This document shows, in pieces, positions 38,880-49,746 of a stretch of DNA of 64,000 nucleotides (position 1 is its first letter; each line of letters starts with the position of its first letter). This stretch comes from Nitrospirota bacterium (GTDB lineage: Bacteria > Nitrospirota > UBA9217), in NCBI GenBank assembly GCA_963737155.1, contig CAVTRN010000001.1:128001-192000 (forward strand), read 5' to 3'. A model generated the notes under the pieces. The model searched no databases and was not told the origin of the DNA. It saw only the letters and a program-made list of their open reading frames with translations. The position numbers were made by a program, and so were the translations under genes.

Positions 38880-39255
38880 TACATCACCCGACCCCAAAAA
38901 TGATATAGAGGAATTTGTGGCATTATGAGATCGCGAAACACACGTGCTGGAGGTCTTCGGGAAACCAGAGGAGACAATGAAAATGGTTTACAGCAGCAAA
39001 TATCTCCCTGGTGAGTATACTGGAAGTACGATCTCAATCAATAAAGTACTGCTCTTCATGCTCAACGTGGTCCCCTCCATGATCATGGCCCCACCAATAA
39101 CATCTTGAACTTGTGGCAAATGGTTATAATAATAAACCTCATTTAAAATTGATTGGAGCTCTGGAGTCTCGTAGTAGGTACCACAGTACTATGCACATAG
39201 ATCTAGACCGTGCGGTATTTGGATGATTAGCAAGCGTAGGCTGAAAGTATCAATG

Positions 39256-39382
39256 AACCTCCTCGCAGTAAGCTGGGGGTATCTATAAAAAGGGAGACTA
39301 TTATCTTTTGAGAAAACTGCAGTTTCTCAAACTGATACCTCTATGCGGTGACACGGTAGCAAGCTACAGGGAATTGCAAGTT
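39256..39382. repeat. REP/MITE-like palindromic element
   Basis: CCTCGCAGTAAGCTGGGGG and CGGTAGCAAGCTACAGG flank a central TTTGAGAAAACTGCAGTTTCTCAAA palindrome. Confidence 0.5.
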
Positions 39383-39897
39383 AACAGAAGTAATGACAAT
39401 CCAAATAATCGCAAGATAAGCTAACAGATGCGTCATTTCAATAATAAGGATGCGCTACAATTACAATTTGACCTTGACAGACTTCAATTGCCAAGTATAT
39501 AACGTAACAGACTCATGATCCGTGAAAAAATCTTGAGATTGAAAGCATAGTCGGCGTTGGCACAACATTCACTATTTATTTACCAGTTACGGATTTATGC
39601 AAGGAACTTGGTAGACACGGCAGAGTCAAACGTACTCGAAACACAGATCTCTAACAGCAAAAAAAACTATTTTGGTTATTGATTAATAAAAAACCATTTA
39701 GGTGTTTATTTCAGACATATTGGAACTCCATCGCCACAAAGTGATAAAAACTAATCGTCCGTTGTTGCAGGAAGTACATCGTATAATTTAGCAGAAGTGC
39801 TCGCTGTTGATTATCGGTCAATCTCTTACTTCCTCCCTGAATACATCATTGTTCCTCATATCGAGAAATATAGTTTGAAGAGGAGGCTACACCTCTA

Positions 39898-41439
39898 ATG
39901 ATCAAGCAAGACAACTTATTAAAAACTGAGGAAGATATCAAGAAAGAACGTGATTTCATGTCAGCGGTCCTTGACACCGTAGGGTCAATGGTGCTCGTGC
40001 TCGATCGGTATGGGGAAATTGTCCACTTCAACCACGCCTGCGAAGAGGTGACTGGTTACCCTGTTGAGATTCTGTCTCACATGAATGTCCTCGATCTTTT
40101 CAGGGATGACCGTGTGCTGGTCGAGGACAAAGTAAGGGAAGTATTCGAAAAAGGAAAGGCGTCTACCGAGGCTAGAATCGTTACGAAGAGCGGGGAAACC
40201 ATCCCTTTCTTGCTCACTGGATACCAAATGGTGTTGGACGGAGAGCAATATTTTGTGGGAGTATGTATCGACCTCTCGGAGCGCAAGCACCTGGAAGAAC
40301 AGCTTCGGCAGTCCCAAAAAATTGAATGCATTGGCGCGCTATCTAGCGGCATTGCCCACGATTTTAATAATATTCTAACGGCAATTATCGGGTATGGAAA
40401 CGTGCTCCTCAAGAAAATGAAGCAGGACGAACCGATGAAGCACATCGTCGAGCAAATACTTGCATCGTCAGATCGGGCTGCCAATCTTACGCAGGGACTG
40501 CTGGCCTATGGCAGAAAAAAGGTCCAGAATCCGCAACTGGTGGATCTTAATCGCATTATACGGAAACTCGAATATCTTCTCACCAGCCTCATAGGCGAAG
40601 ATGTGGAACTCAAAACCATTCTGTCAGCGAATGATACAACGATAATGGCCGATTCCGGCCAGATCGAACAAATGCTCATGAACCTAGCAACCAATGCCCG
40701 TGCCGCTATGCCAAACGGAGGCTTTTTGTACATCGAGACAGAGCGTGTAAACATAGATGAATCATCAGCTAAATCGTACGATTTCCAGAAACCTGGAGAG
40801 TATGTCCTGATCGCTGTAACCGATTCCAGTATGGGGATAGACGCCCAGAGGAGAAATCAACTCTTCGAATCCTCCCTTGCCATCAAGGATACAAACACGG
40901 AAATTAGCCTGGGTCTTGTTACAGCTTACAATATAATTAAGCAGCATAATGGATCAATCAACGTTTACAGTGAAGAGGGTCGCGGAACAACATTCAAAAT
41001 ATATCTGCCAATTGCAGCTCCGATAAAGGGGACCTCTATTCCAGCTATTATTCCTCCTCCAATTAAGGGTGGCACAGAATCCGTTTTGGTTGCCGAGGAT
41101 GATGAATTGGTGCGGGGTATTATCTGCGATATGCTTGAACAATTTGGCTATCAGGTGATCCAGGCAGTCGACGGCGAGGATGCAGTTACAAAGTTTATGG
41201 ATAACCAAAACAGCGTGCAGCTGTTGGTCATGGATGTTATCATGCCTAAGAAAAGCGGTCAGAAAGCCTACGAAAAAATCAGGATATTCAAACCTGGCAT
41301 CAAGGTGCTGTTCTCCAGCGGATATACCGCCGATATTCTGTGCCAGAAAGGATTGCTCGACAGAAATATGAATTTCATCCTCAAGCCCGCTCCTATGAAC
41401 GATCTGCTCAGAAAAGTGCGGTCGATCCTTGACCAGTAA
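39898..41439 (+). CDS. PAS hybrid histidine kinase-receiver with degenerate ATP-binding boxes
   Basis: GIAHDFNN intact; G1/F/G2 region reads DSSMG...LFESSLAIK...EISLGL. Confidence 0.85.
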   Translation: MIKQDNLLKTEEDIKKERDFMSAVLDTVGSMVLVLDRYGEIVHFNHACEEVTGYPVEILSHMNVLDLFRDDRVLVEDKVREVFEKGKASTEARIVTKSGETIPFLLTGYQMVLDGEQYFVGVCIDLSERKHLEEQLRQSQKIECIGALSSGIAHDFNNILTAIIGYGNVLLKKMKQDEPMKHIVEQILASSDRAANLTQGLLAYGRKKVQNPQLVDLNRIIRKLEYLLTSLIGEDVELKTILSANDTTIMADSGQIEQMLMNLATNARAAMPNGGFLYIETERVNIDESSAKSYDFQKPGEYVLIAVTDSSMGIDAQRRNQLFESSLAIKDTNTEISLGLVTAYNIIKQHNGSINVYSEEGRGTTFKIYLPIAAPIKGTSIPAIIPPPIKGGTESVLVAEDDELVRGIICDMLEQFGYQVIQAVDGEDAVTKFMDNQNSVQLLVMDVIMPKKSGQKAYEKIRIFKPGIKVLFSSGYTADILCQKGLLDRNMNFILKPAPMNDLLRKVRSILDQ

Positions 41440-41850
41440 CCGCTCGGTGATGTCAAGAGGTTCAGCTTAAGCGGGCCGTAGTGATCCGAAAGGGATCTGC
41501 CCGTATTTAGCCTATCTGTACCATTAGAGAATTGGAATTTTTTTTCGTCCAATATATCTCTTACTATCGCAAGCAAATCATGGGGAGACGTAGTTTTAAA
41601 TCCAAACGGCGTCCCCTCTTATATGAATATCGGCCAGGTCCTCGGAGCACACTTTGACTTGGCTCTCATGTATTTGTTTTTGTGTATCATATTATCGGAG
41701 GCAGTGGTAAATAGGAACCAGATTAAAAAATGACATTACGTTCTTATTAAACTACCATTACGCATACACAAGGCCTGAATAACACAAGCAAGGAAAGGGG
41801 CGATTCATCTCCCCTTTCTAGTTTATGGTATGCTTAGTTCCTCGTTTGCT

Positions 41851-42006
41851 CTATTTCTTCTTGAGCTCCATGGGCTTTTTATGACACGTTGCCTCAATAT
41901 CGCACTCGACCCCGCAGCTTTTACTGTGGCATGCGTGCATGACTTTTAGCTCCACAGAACAATCCTTGCTCGTACAAATGAGCACGTCCCCTTCCTTGAC
42001 TTTCAT
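41851..42006 (-). CDS. Small Cys-rich metal-binding protein (51 aa)
   Basis: GGAGG RBS; MKVKEGDVLICTSKDC...CHSKSCGVEC...CHKKPM. Confidence 0.7.
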   Translation of the reverse strand: MKVKEGDVLICTSKDCSVELKVMHACHSKSCGVECDIEATCHKKPMELKKK

Positions 42007-42374
42007 ACGTTGGCCTCCTTTGAATTGGAATATCAGATATCCTTTTTTAATATATACCTTAAAAAAGCGGTCATGGCAAGGAGACCAAAATATTTTTGGA
42101 CACTCTTTCCGACATCTCACTCGATAAGCAGTTGAGTCTTTTGGAAAGTGCAGGTTTCGAGTTGCTTTATCAGATAAGCCCGCGCAAACGTTTCTTTCTG
42201 TAACTGACGTGTCTTCCTGATTCTGAAACGTATAAAGCGATTTTTTACTCTTGGCCAATAAGTATCCGATTCTGCGCATACTTTAACAAAAAGGGATATG
42301 GTTAATTAGGAGTGAGCTTCTATTATGAAAGACCCTGCGATAAGAGGATTTGGCATCAACCGGGAAAGTCGGGA

Positions 42375-43430
42375 CTACTCTCCGGATTGATCCTTGAACT
42401 CTTCGGGAATCACGAATTGGACTACCTTTTCCGTGCCACGGATGATCGCGATCGGGAAGCTGATGCCGACTTTTTCATGGGTCAGCAACTTGTGCAGATC
42501 GTCTATGCTGGAAACGGGCGTACCGCCAAAACCAATAATAATGTCACCCATTCGAAGCCCTGCGCGGATAGCCGGACTACCGGGCTGGATCGATACAATC
42601 ATGACGCCGCTTCCCACAGGCAGATCAAAGAAGCGTACAATCCTTCTGTGGATCTGGACATTCTGTCCACCTACACCGATCGAGCTTCGCCGCACCTTCC
42701 CATCCTTGATAAGGCTTGCTACCACGAACTTGGCTGTATTGATGCCAATGGCAAAGCATATACCCTGTGCCGGTAGAATCGCCGCGGTGTTCACGCCCAT
42801 AACTTCACCACGAGACGTAACCAGAGGGCCTCCCGAATTGCCAGGGTTAAGTGCCGCGTCAGTCTGAATCACACTATCGATGAGCCTGCCCGAATAGGAT
42901 CGGAGGGTGCGACCAAGAGCACTCACCACGCCGGCGGTTACAGTGCACTGAAAACCATAGGGATTTCCTACAGCAATAGCCAACTGACCCACCCTGATTG
43001 GCTGCGAATCGCCGAGAAGTGCGGGCTGCAGATTCGGTGCATTAATTCGTATTACCGCCAGATCGGTGTCCGGATCGTCTCCTACGAGCTGGGCTTGAAA
43101 CCGGCGTCCATCAGGGATCCCGACCATGATGTTCTCCGCGTTATGAACCACATGGCTGTTGGTAAGGATGAACCCGTCAGGTGTGAACACGAAACCCGAC
43201 CCACCGGCATTCATCTCGGGAAACTTGCGCGGACTTGAGGTCCTTCCCTTACGAGCGTACTGGACTTCGATGTTAACGACGGAGGGGTTTACTTTATCAG
43301 ATGCTGAGACAACTGCCTGCGAATAGGCATCTAGCAGTGCTTCATCGCGATCCGGGACCATCTTTGCAGTCTGCTGGCCGACGGTTCGTACTGCATCGGT
43401 CGAAATAACTTCAAGCGAGCATTCCATCAT
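42375..43430 (-). CDS. HtrA/DegP-like trypsin serine protease with PDZ domain
   Basis: GSGF, LTNSHVV, DLAVI, QTDAALNPGNSGGPL, PDZ. Confidence 0.93.
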   Translation of the reverse strand: MMECSLEVISTDAVRTVGQQTAKMVPDRDEALLDAYSQAVVSASDKVNPSVVNIEVQYARKGRTSSPRKFPEMNAGGSGFVFTPDGFILTNSHVVHNAENIMVGIPDGRRFQAQLVGDDPDTDLAVIRINAPNLQPALLGDSQPIRVGQLAIAVGNPYGFQCTVTAGVVSALGRTLRSYSGRLIDSVIQTDAALNPGNSGGPLVTSRGEVMGVNTAAILPAQGICFAIGINTAKFVVASLIKDGKVRRSSIGVGGQNVQIHRRIVRFFDLPVGSGVMIVSIQPGSPAIRAGLRMGDIIIGFGGTPVSSIDDLHKLLTHEKVGISFPIAIIRGTEKVVQFVIPEEFKDQSGE

Positions 43431-43939
43431 TCGGCACCTCCTAAGTTCACACTATTCATACTACCACTCCTGTCAATAGGCGCAGCTAGCATTAGCTCTC
43501 AAACATATCAGGTAGTTAGGGGATAATTGCAGCCTAAATCGCCCTAGGTAAGCTGACTGGATGATCGGAGGCTACCGGTGGTCTCATCAGCGCTTTTTCC
43601 CCAGGACAAGCAAATCCTTGAACGAATGATGTCACCGCCGCACTTATCTAGCGTGCTGTACCGACCCGCTCAACAATATGGCCCTGTTACATTATTGTAA
43701 AAAATGAGTGAAACCGACTGGATTGATTTCTCGATCACTACAACTAAGAAGAAGGAAACTACGTTTAAAAACCTTGTATTACGGTCAGATTGAATATTTC
43801 AATCACATGGCCGGTGAGCTCGTCGACATCGATTAACAAATAAAGTAGTGGGCCTTTATCCGAGCAATAAGACTTTATGTTATACTGTTTGAAAATGGAT
43901 ATATTGTCCGTTTATTCTAACGTAGAAGGAGGTAGGGGT

Positions 43940-44119
43940 ATGAAGATTCAGGACATCAGGAACATTGCAAAGAAGAACGGGGTTAATGCTGGGAAAATGA
44001 ATAAGGCAGATATTATCAGGGCTATTCAGACGGCAGAAAATAACAATGCTTGTTTTGCTACATCCTCTGTTCAGACATGCGGCCAAATGGAATGCCTGTG
44101 GCGCGCAGACTGCAAATAA
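43940..44119 (+). CDS. SAP-domain-like small Cys-rich protein
   Basis: GGAGG RBS; KADIIRAIQ..ENN..CF...CGQMECLWRADC. Confidence 0.8.
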   Translation: MKIQDIRNIAKKNGVNAGKMNKADIIRAIQTAENNNACFATSSVQTCGQMECLWRADCK

Positions 44120-45046
44120 TAATCTTAATTTTCCGTCTATTTTATGCGCGATATCGAGTAAAAAAGGATGCCGAAGTGACAGCACTTCCGCCTGTATTGG
44201 TGAACCAAGGAGTGAAAGAGCAGTTTCAGCAATAAGTGAAATCCAATCATCATTGCTGGCAATCGTATTTTTTGTTGCAGGCAAATTATTGACTCTTTAC
44301 ACGTCTGCGCAATTTCAGGAGGAGTGCTATCTCTATATATCTTGAGCAATTCTTGAGATACGTTTAAAATTGTTCAATGCGGCGTGCCGTCTGTCGTGAC
44401 CGATGGGCATGCAAAGACATACATTGCTAACTCTACTTGATGTGGGTCATGAGAACTTCGCTGGGCGGTCCCTCCGAAAAGATTGGCTTTAGATTGGAGA
44501 TGTGCTGCTCCGTATCAATACGTGGAAGCTTGACAACCCCGCATAACTCTTCAGCCTTTGCCAGGAGAAAAAGTACAGAAAGCGTATTTCTATACTCCTG
44601 TACCAGAACGGAGAGAATCAAACCTTCTATTACGATATTCGTTGAATTCCTGAAGAAGCTGCGTTTTTGAAAATGACGTTTTGTTCCAGAATCCCGGTTT
44701 TACATCGAAGTTTTCTTTGTGATTCTGTTGAAGTTTCCGTTCTCTGAAACACTTAATTTTGGAACCCGGATCCGTTAACATCACCTTTAAAATTCCAATC
44801 GGTACCTGTTCGACATTACCCATTCAAAATCGCCGTGGCAGAGCGATTCAACCAATCTTATTAAGGACAAATAATCGAGGCGCTATATATTTGACTATAT
44901 GATATTTCGCGCAACCTTTGAACTTTAGGTTTACCACCATCGCCTATCCGGCGGCGATATCCATGGTCGGGTCATGAATACAGGTCCAGAATGGAACAAA
45001 ATCAGTACGCGTGAATTGAACTTTCTCAAATCCCAGGGAGGCTCTT

Positions 45047-45352
45047 ATGGCAATATACCAAATTGCTCAGTATCAAGTTAATTCGCTGGCAGTAGATAAG
45101 GTCAAGCGGGCAATTGAAGAATTTGTCCGTTATGTCAAGGCATACGAACCCGGAACCCGGTTGTATGTGGCGTGGCAGCAAAAAGATGATCCCACACGTT
45201 TCGTACACTTCTTCATTTTTGCTGATGAAGCTGCACATACTATCCATGGTGAATCAGAGGCAGTAAAACGTTTTGAGTCAATGTACTCTCCCGAGTTGGT
45301 TGGTGGAGATGTTGTCTTCACCGATTATGACTTGGTGGCTACGAATAGTTAG
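45047..45352 (+). CDS. ABM-like dimeric alpha/beta barrel protein
   Basis: GGAGG RBS; EPGTRLY, FADEAAH. Confidence 0.75.
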   Translation: MAIYQIAQYQVNSLAVDKVKRAIEEFVRYVKAYEPGTRLYVAWQQKDDPTRFVHFFIFADEAAHTIHGESEAVKRFESMYSPELVGGDVVFTDYDLVATNS

Positions 45353-45941
45353 TGACCCGACGGGCTCAACATAAGACTGGATGGAACGACCAAGCAGCGT
45401 GATCATGCGAAGGACGGAAAATACTTAAAAAGTTTTACGACGCAGTCGTAAAAAGGACATTTATTAGCCTCGAGACTGCACCGGCTCATCATTCATGCTC
45501 CTGGACGACTGCTCATATATAATAGATATAGAACGTGAACAGACAAATTCAGTATATTTCCCTGATGCATGATACGATCATAATTCCTTGCCCGTGTCAT
45601 AAAATTTGACTATACAGACTTGTAGACGGTAAAGATAGACATAATTAAGCGGATATGTAGGATAGCCGTAGTTAAATCGTGCAGCGCATAAGACTTCCTT
45701 GTAGCCCGTATGGTTGCCCTGCCTTGAATGATAAAGATTCATTCCGGATTTGTTGGCGACTACCCCTGTGCTTTTAGTGCGGTCAAATAGATCAAACAGT
45801 GCATTCTTTTATGGTAGCATATTTCTCCTCAACAGGTATAAGTAGAACATCTATAGCCAGAAATAGACTTTGACAGGAAGTTGATTGGGAGGTTTGATTA
45901 CCCTATAGTTAAAAACTTGAAGTTGCTAAAAAAGGCCACGA

Positions 45942-47915
45942 ATGAATTCAATTATTAAGTTTTTCATAAAGACCAAGGACCTGATACTGCGATTGCTTAC
46001 CAGGATACCGTTCTTACAACCTACCCTCCGTATGCAGTATAGGCTGAGGTCTTTTATTTGCGTATCGACTTTTATCGTTTCGCTTATTAGCTTTAGCCTC
46101 GCTATAATCATAGCATTTACCGTTTACCAGGGGGTCATCGAACAGAGGGCCCGGGAGGTTTCGCACTCCCTTTCCCGGCAGGCATTTAATACTCTCTATT
46201 TACTTATGCAAAAAGGCTGGACAAGCAAGGAACTGGATGAACTCCTTGACTCCACAGCGGGAATAAAGGGGGAAACTGCATACCAGGTGGCGCTTTACAA
46301 AAATGATGGAACGCAGACAGATAATGACGTATTAAAAGTTTTGCAACGGGGCGTTGTTGTTAATAATAGCAAAGGCTTCCTGTTAATCGATATCTATCCG
46401 GTAGAGGCAAAAAAGGTTTGTTTGAAGTGTCACCGCAATGAGAGGCAGGGCAACATCTTAGCCGCAGTAAGAGTCCAGCAGGACATAGGACCAACAATTA
46501 AAGGTATTAAAAAGAAGTTTATTTTCTTGTTCTTTCTCTTGTCTCCAATCCCTTTCCTTTTGACAAGCTTCATCGCTAATTTTTTAAATTCACGGATTAT
46601 TAAAGCCACCGAGCTGTTTCATCAGAAAATTCAGGATGTCAGCAGCATTGGGGATCTTGTTAAACTCGAAACGAATAGCATTAATTTCGGTTTTGTTGAA
46701 TTCAACAATATGCTGCTTGAAATGAATAACTTTGTTGAAAGGATCAAAAATGTCGCTGTGGATAAGAATCTCCTTGAACGTGAACTTCACGAACGAAAAG
46801 CGGCAGAAAATGCACTTAAGAAAAGTGAAAACATGCTGCAGGCGATTATCGACGCTGAGCCGGCATGTGTAAAGCTCCTGGATGCAGATGCAAATCTGCT
46901 CATGATGAACAAGGGATGTTTATCAATGATCCAGGTGGATTCACTGAATCAGGTCAAGGGCAAAAGTTTCCTCCCCTTGGTCACTGAAGAACATAGGAAT
47001 GCCTTCAAAAAATTGGTAGAACAGGTATTAAACGGCGAGTCCGAAACGCTGATATTTAAGATAGTCGGGATAAAAGGCAGGCATCTGTGGCTGGAAACCC
47101 ATGCCGTCCCTTTTCAAAATGAGAATGACGAAATAGTCGCTTTGCTTGGCGTTACACGGGATATTACCGAGAGAAAGGAGGCGGAGGCGGACATCCTGAG
47201 ATTGAGCGAAGACTTGACAACGCGCAACATGGAACTGGAATTCGCAAACAAGGAGATGGAGTCCTTCGTCTACTCGGTATCCCATGATCTGCGAGCCCCG
47301 CTCCGCATCATGTCCAGTTTTTCCAAAATCCTCATCGAGGACTACGTCAACAAGCCGGAAAACCAGCAGAAAGACTACTTAACACGCATAACCAAAGCCG
47401 CGGAGAAAATGACCGAACTCATTGAAGACCTGCTGCGCCTTTCGCGGATTTCAAAGCAGGACATGGACCGGATGGACTCTGATCTCAGCATGATGGCTTC
47501 CATGATCCTCACTGATCTTCGCGAGGCGGAGCCCGGCAGAAACGTCGAAGTCGCTATCGCCGAAGGCTTGCGCGCATCCGTGGATCCGAGCCTGATCAGG
47601 GTCGCGCTTACGAACCTGATTGAAAACTCCTGGAAATTTACCTCGAAAACGACGAATGCCCGCATTGAATTCAGCGCCTTCGAAAAGGATGGGAAGACCG
47701 TCTACTATGTCAGGGACAACGGCGCCGGATTCGATCCTTCCCATGTCGGGAGGATGTTTCTGCCATTCCAGCGGCTCCATTCCGAAATGGAGTTTGAGGG
47801 TACGGGAATCGGTCTTGCCATCGTTGAACGCATCATCCACCGCCACGGCGGCCAAGTCTGGGCAGAGGGGGAAGTCGGGAAAGGGACAACCGTGTATTTC
47901 ACGCTGGAAGTATAA
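45942..47915 (+). CDS. Sensor histidine kinase with periplasmic c-type heme motif and PAS domain
   Basis: Two TMs flanking CLKCH; SVSHDLRAPL, NSWKF, DNGAGF, GTGIGL. Confidence 0.9.
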   Translation: MNSIIKFFIKTKDLILRLLTRIPFLQPTLRMQYRLRSFICVSTFIVSLISFSLAIIIAFTVYQGVIEQRAREVSHSLSRQAFNTLYLLMQKGWTSKELDELLDSTAGIKGETAYQVALYKNDGTQTDNDVLKVLQRGVVVNNSKGFLLIDIYPVEAKKVCLKCHRNERQGNILAAVRVQQDIGPTIKGIKKKFIFLFFLLSPIPFLLTSFIANFLNSRIIKATELFHQKIQDVSSIGDLVKLETNSINFGFVEFNNMLLEMNNFVERIKNVAVDKNLLERELHERKAAENALKKSENMLQAIIDAEPACVKLLDADANLLMMNKGCLSMIQVDSLNQVKGKSFLPLVTEEHRNAFKKLVEQVLNGESETLIFKIVGIKGRHLWLETHAVPFQNENDEIVALLGVTRDITERKEAEADILRLSEDLTTRNMELEFANKEMESFVYSVSHDLRAPLRIMSSFSKILIEDYVNKPENQQKDYLTRITKAAEKMTELIEDLLRLSRISKQDMDRMDSDLSMMASMILTDLREAEPGRNVEVAIAEGLRASVDPSLIRVALTNLIENSWKFTSKTTNARIEFSAFEKDGKTVYYVRDNGAGFDPSHVGRMFLPFQRLHSEMEFEGTGIGLAIVERIIHRHGGQVWAEGEVGKGTTVYFTLEV

Positions 47916-48033
47916 TACAAGAACTGAATGATAAATGAAGTGCATGATGCCAATATTTTCACTACCCGCCGACAGTCCTCGCCAAGTCAAAGATACATAG
48001 GGAACTTGCCATACATATGGTATATAACTAAGA

Positions 48034-48064
48034 GTAGGCCTTCCGGAATTACCGGAAGGCCTAC
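48034..48064. terminator. Hairpin between convergent genes
   Basis: GTAGGCCTTCCGG-AATTA-CCGGAAGGCCTAC. Confidence 0.75.
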
Positions 48065-48072
48065 GGAATCCG

Positions 48073-49746
48073 CTACCACAAGGGCAGCATCTGTATGTTC
48101 ACAGTATCATCACCAGTTTGCAAATCAGCGATCTGAGGTATTGCTATCGCTCTATAAGTGCCGCTGGGATCCGTTGATAACCAACCATCTGCATCGATAC
48201 CGTAGAACGCACCGGGGAGCGGCGTCCCTGCCGAACCGCCTGGAAGGTTGAATATCGTATAAGTTCCGCCACTGACCATTTGAGAATCTACTCTGATAGC
48301 ATCTATAATCATGCCTCCATTAACCGCATAAAGAAGTCCGCTATCCATCTTCCCGGTCATCTTGGTGTTCATTGCCGTGGTAGTGCCCAAAGTAATAAGG
48401 CCACTGACACTGTTACCAGAATAGTTCGATATGACAGTAAGTGGTGTAGTAAACGCGACTGTCGTCGTTGCCGAAGTGACCATGTCAGGGGCGCTCCGGT
48501 CGAAGAGGGTGGCTCCGGCAATAGCCTGATAGCCGCCAACTTCTTCCACAGGCGTCGTGGCAGTGAGGGTAGACACGACGCCGCTGCTCAGGTAGTTGCC
48601 GATCTGAAGTTGATCATCGTTAAGCATAAAGGTTTGATGGAATCCACCCCACAAGGGGTTGAAATGCCTGAACCGAATCTCGTAAGGATACTCCCCGGGA
48701 GCCTGCAGCGTCTGATAGAATTGCACCCATGCGCCGGTCGGTGAAGCAATGGTTCCCGCGACTGCGTAGTCCGGGCTTGAGGACGGAGACATCTCGATGG
48801 TCCCGAGGTCCGTGGCGTTGCCGTTCATCGGGGTCGCTCCCTTCGTGATTGGGACTCCCTTGATGATTACTGTCTGCTTGTTCAGGCCACGAACAACCAC
48901 ATCCCAAGTGGTCGTTACCAGTGTCGATACAGGATACAGGATGAACGAGCCGTCAGTGTTGGGAACGGTCCAGCGTCTTATCACGTGATAGGTGCTCGTG
49001 CTGCCAGAAACAAGCATTTCCTGGGCAGTGGCGAGACGCTCCGCCTTGATCACGTAGTTGGACGTTGTGGTGAACGTACCGGTGGTTGAGAGCGAACCAA
49101 CTATGGCGCCTGCATTATCGAGATCGTAGTAGTTAAGAATTGGCTTCAAAACATAATCCGTCGGTACATGATTTTTATTTTCATGGAACTCTACAACATC
49201 GTGTCCGGCGTCAAAATCAATGGCAAGTTTGAGCGTGCCTCCCGCCGTCACACCAAACGCACCGAGCAGCTGTATGCCATGGTCTGCGTCCGGAATACAA
49301 AGCGGATAGGTCGTTGAACCTATGACCACTTCATTATAATAGTTATGACCCGTTGGTGGATCTGCGGTAAAGGTCGGCACAAGGAGCATCCTGATCTGCT
49401 CATAGTTCCCGACGGGAAGCTGGATATTGTTCCAAATGGACTGCATGTTTCCATTCGCGAGGGTCAAAAGATCGATGGTCACCGGTGCCGCAAGCGTGAA
49501 CTTGTGCCAGCCAGCAGCACGAGGGTCGGCTCCAGCGTTAGTATTGAACCATACGGCTGCTACGGTGATATACACGTGATCAAAATCTCCAGGTGCATCC
49601 GTTACAGCAACATTCATCGCACCCTGTTGCTGCTGGGTCACAACACCGCCGGAATCAGTGCTTCCGGTGCTACCACACGCAGACAGAAATAGCGAAAGTC
49701 CAAAAACTACTACCACAACCAATGCATGCAATCTTAACCGTTTCAT
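48073..49746 (-). CDS. DUF4382-domain lipoprotein
   Basis: Lipobox LSAC; VAVTDAP, IDLLTLANG, GNYEQIR, IDFDA, YVLKP. Confidence 0.85.
   Translation of the reverse strand: MKRLRLHALVVVVVFGLSLFLSACGSTGSTDSGGVVTQQQQGAMNVAVTDAPGDFDHVYITVAAVWFNTNAGADPRAAGWHKFTLAAPVTIDLLTLANGNMQSIWNNIQLPVGNYEQIRMLLVPTFTADPPTGHNYYNEVVIGSTTYPLCIPDADHGIQLLGAFGVTAGGTLKLAIDFDAGHDVVEFHENKNHVPTDYVLKPILNYYDLDNAGAIVGSLSTTGTFTTTSNYVIKAERLATAQEMLVSGSTSTYHVIRRWTVPNTDGSFILYPVSTLVTTTWDVVVRGLNKQTVIIKGVPITKGATPMNGNATDLGTIEMSPSSSPDYAVAGTIASPTGAWVQFYQTLQAPGEYPYEIRFRHFNPLWGGFHQTFMLNDDQLQIGNYLSSGVVSTLTATTPVEEVGGYQAIAGATLFDRSAPDMVTSATTTVAFTTPLTVISNYSGNSVSGLITLGTTTAMNTKMTGKMDSGLLYAVNGGMIIDAIRVDSQMVSGGTYTIFNLPGGSAGTPLPGAFYGIDADGWLSTDPSGTYRAIAIPQIADLQTGDDTVNIQMLPLW

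Noticed and set aside
42007-42279. Long 142-aa version of the Cys-rich ORF
   Set aside because: A strong GGAGG precedes ATG 42006 and the extension looks non-coding
44433-44823. Overlapping short minus-strand ORFs, possibly a split gene
   Set aside because: No family motif I can support
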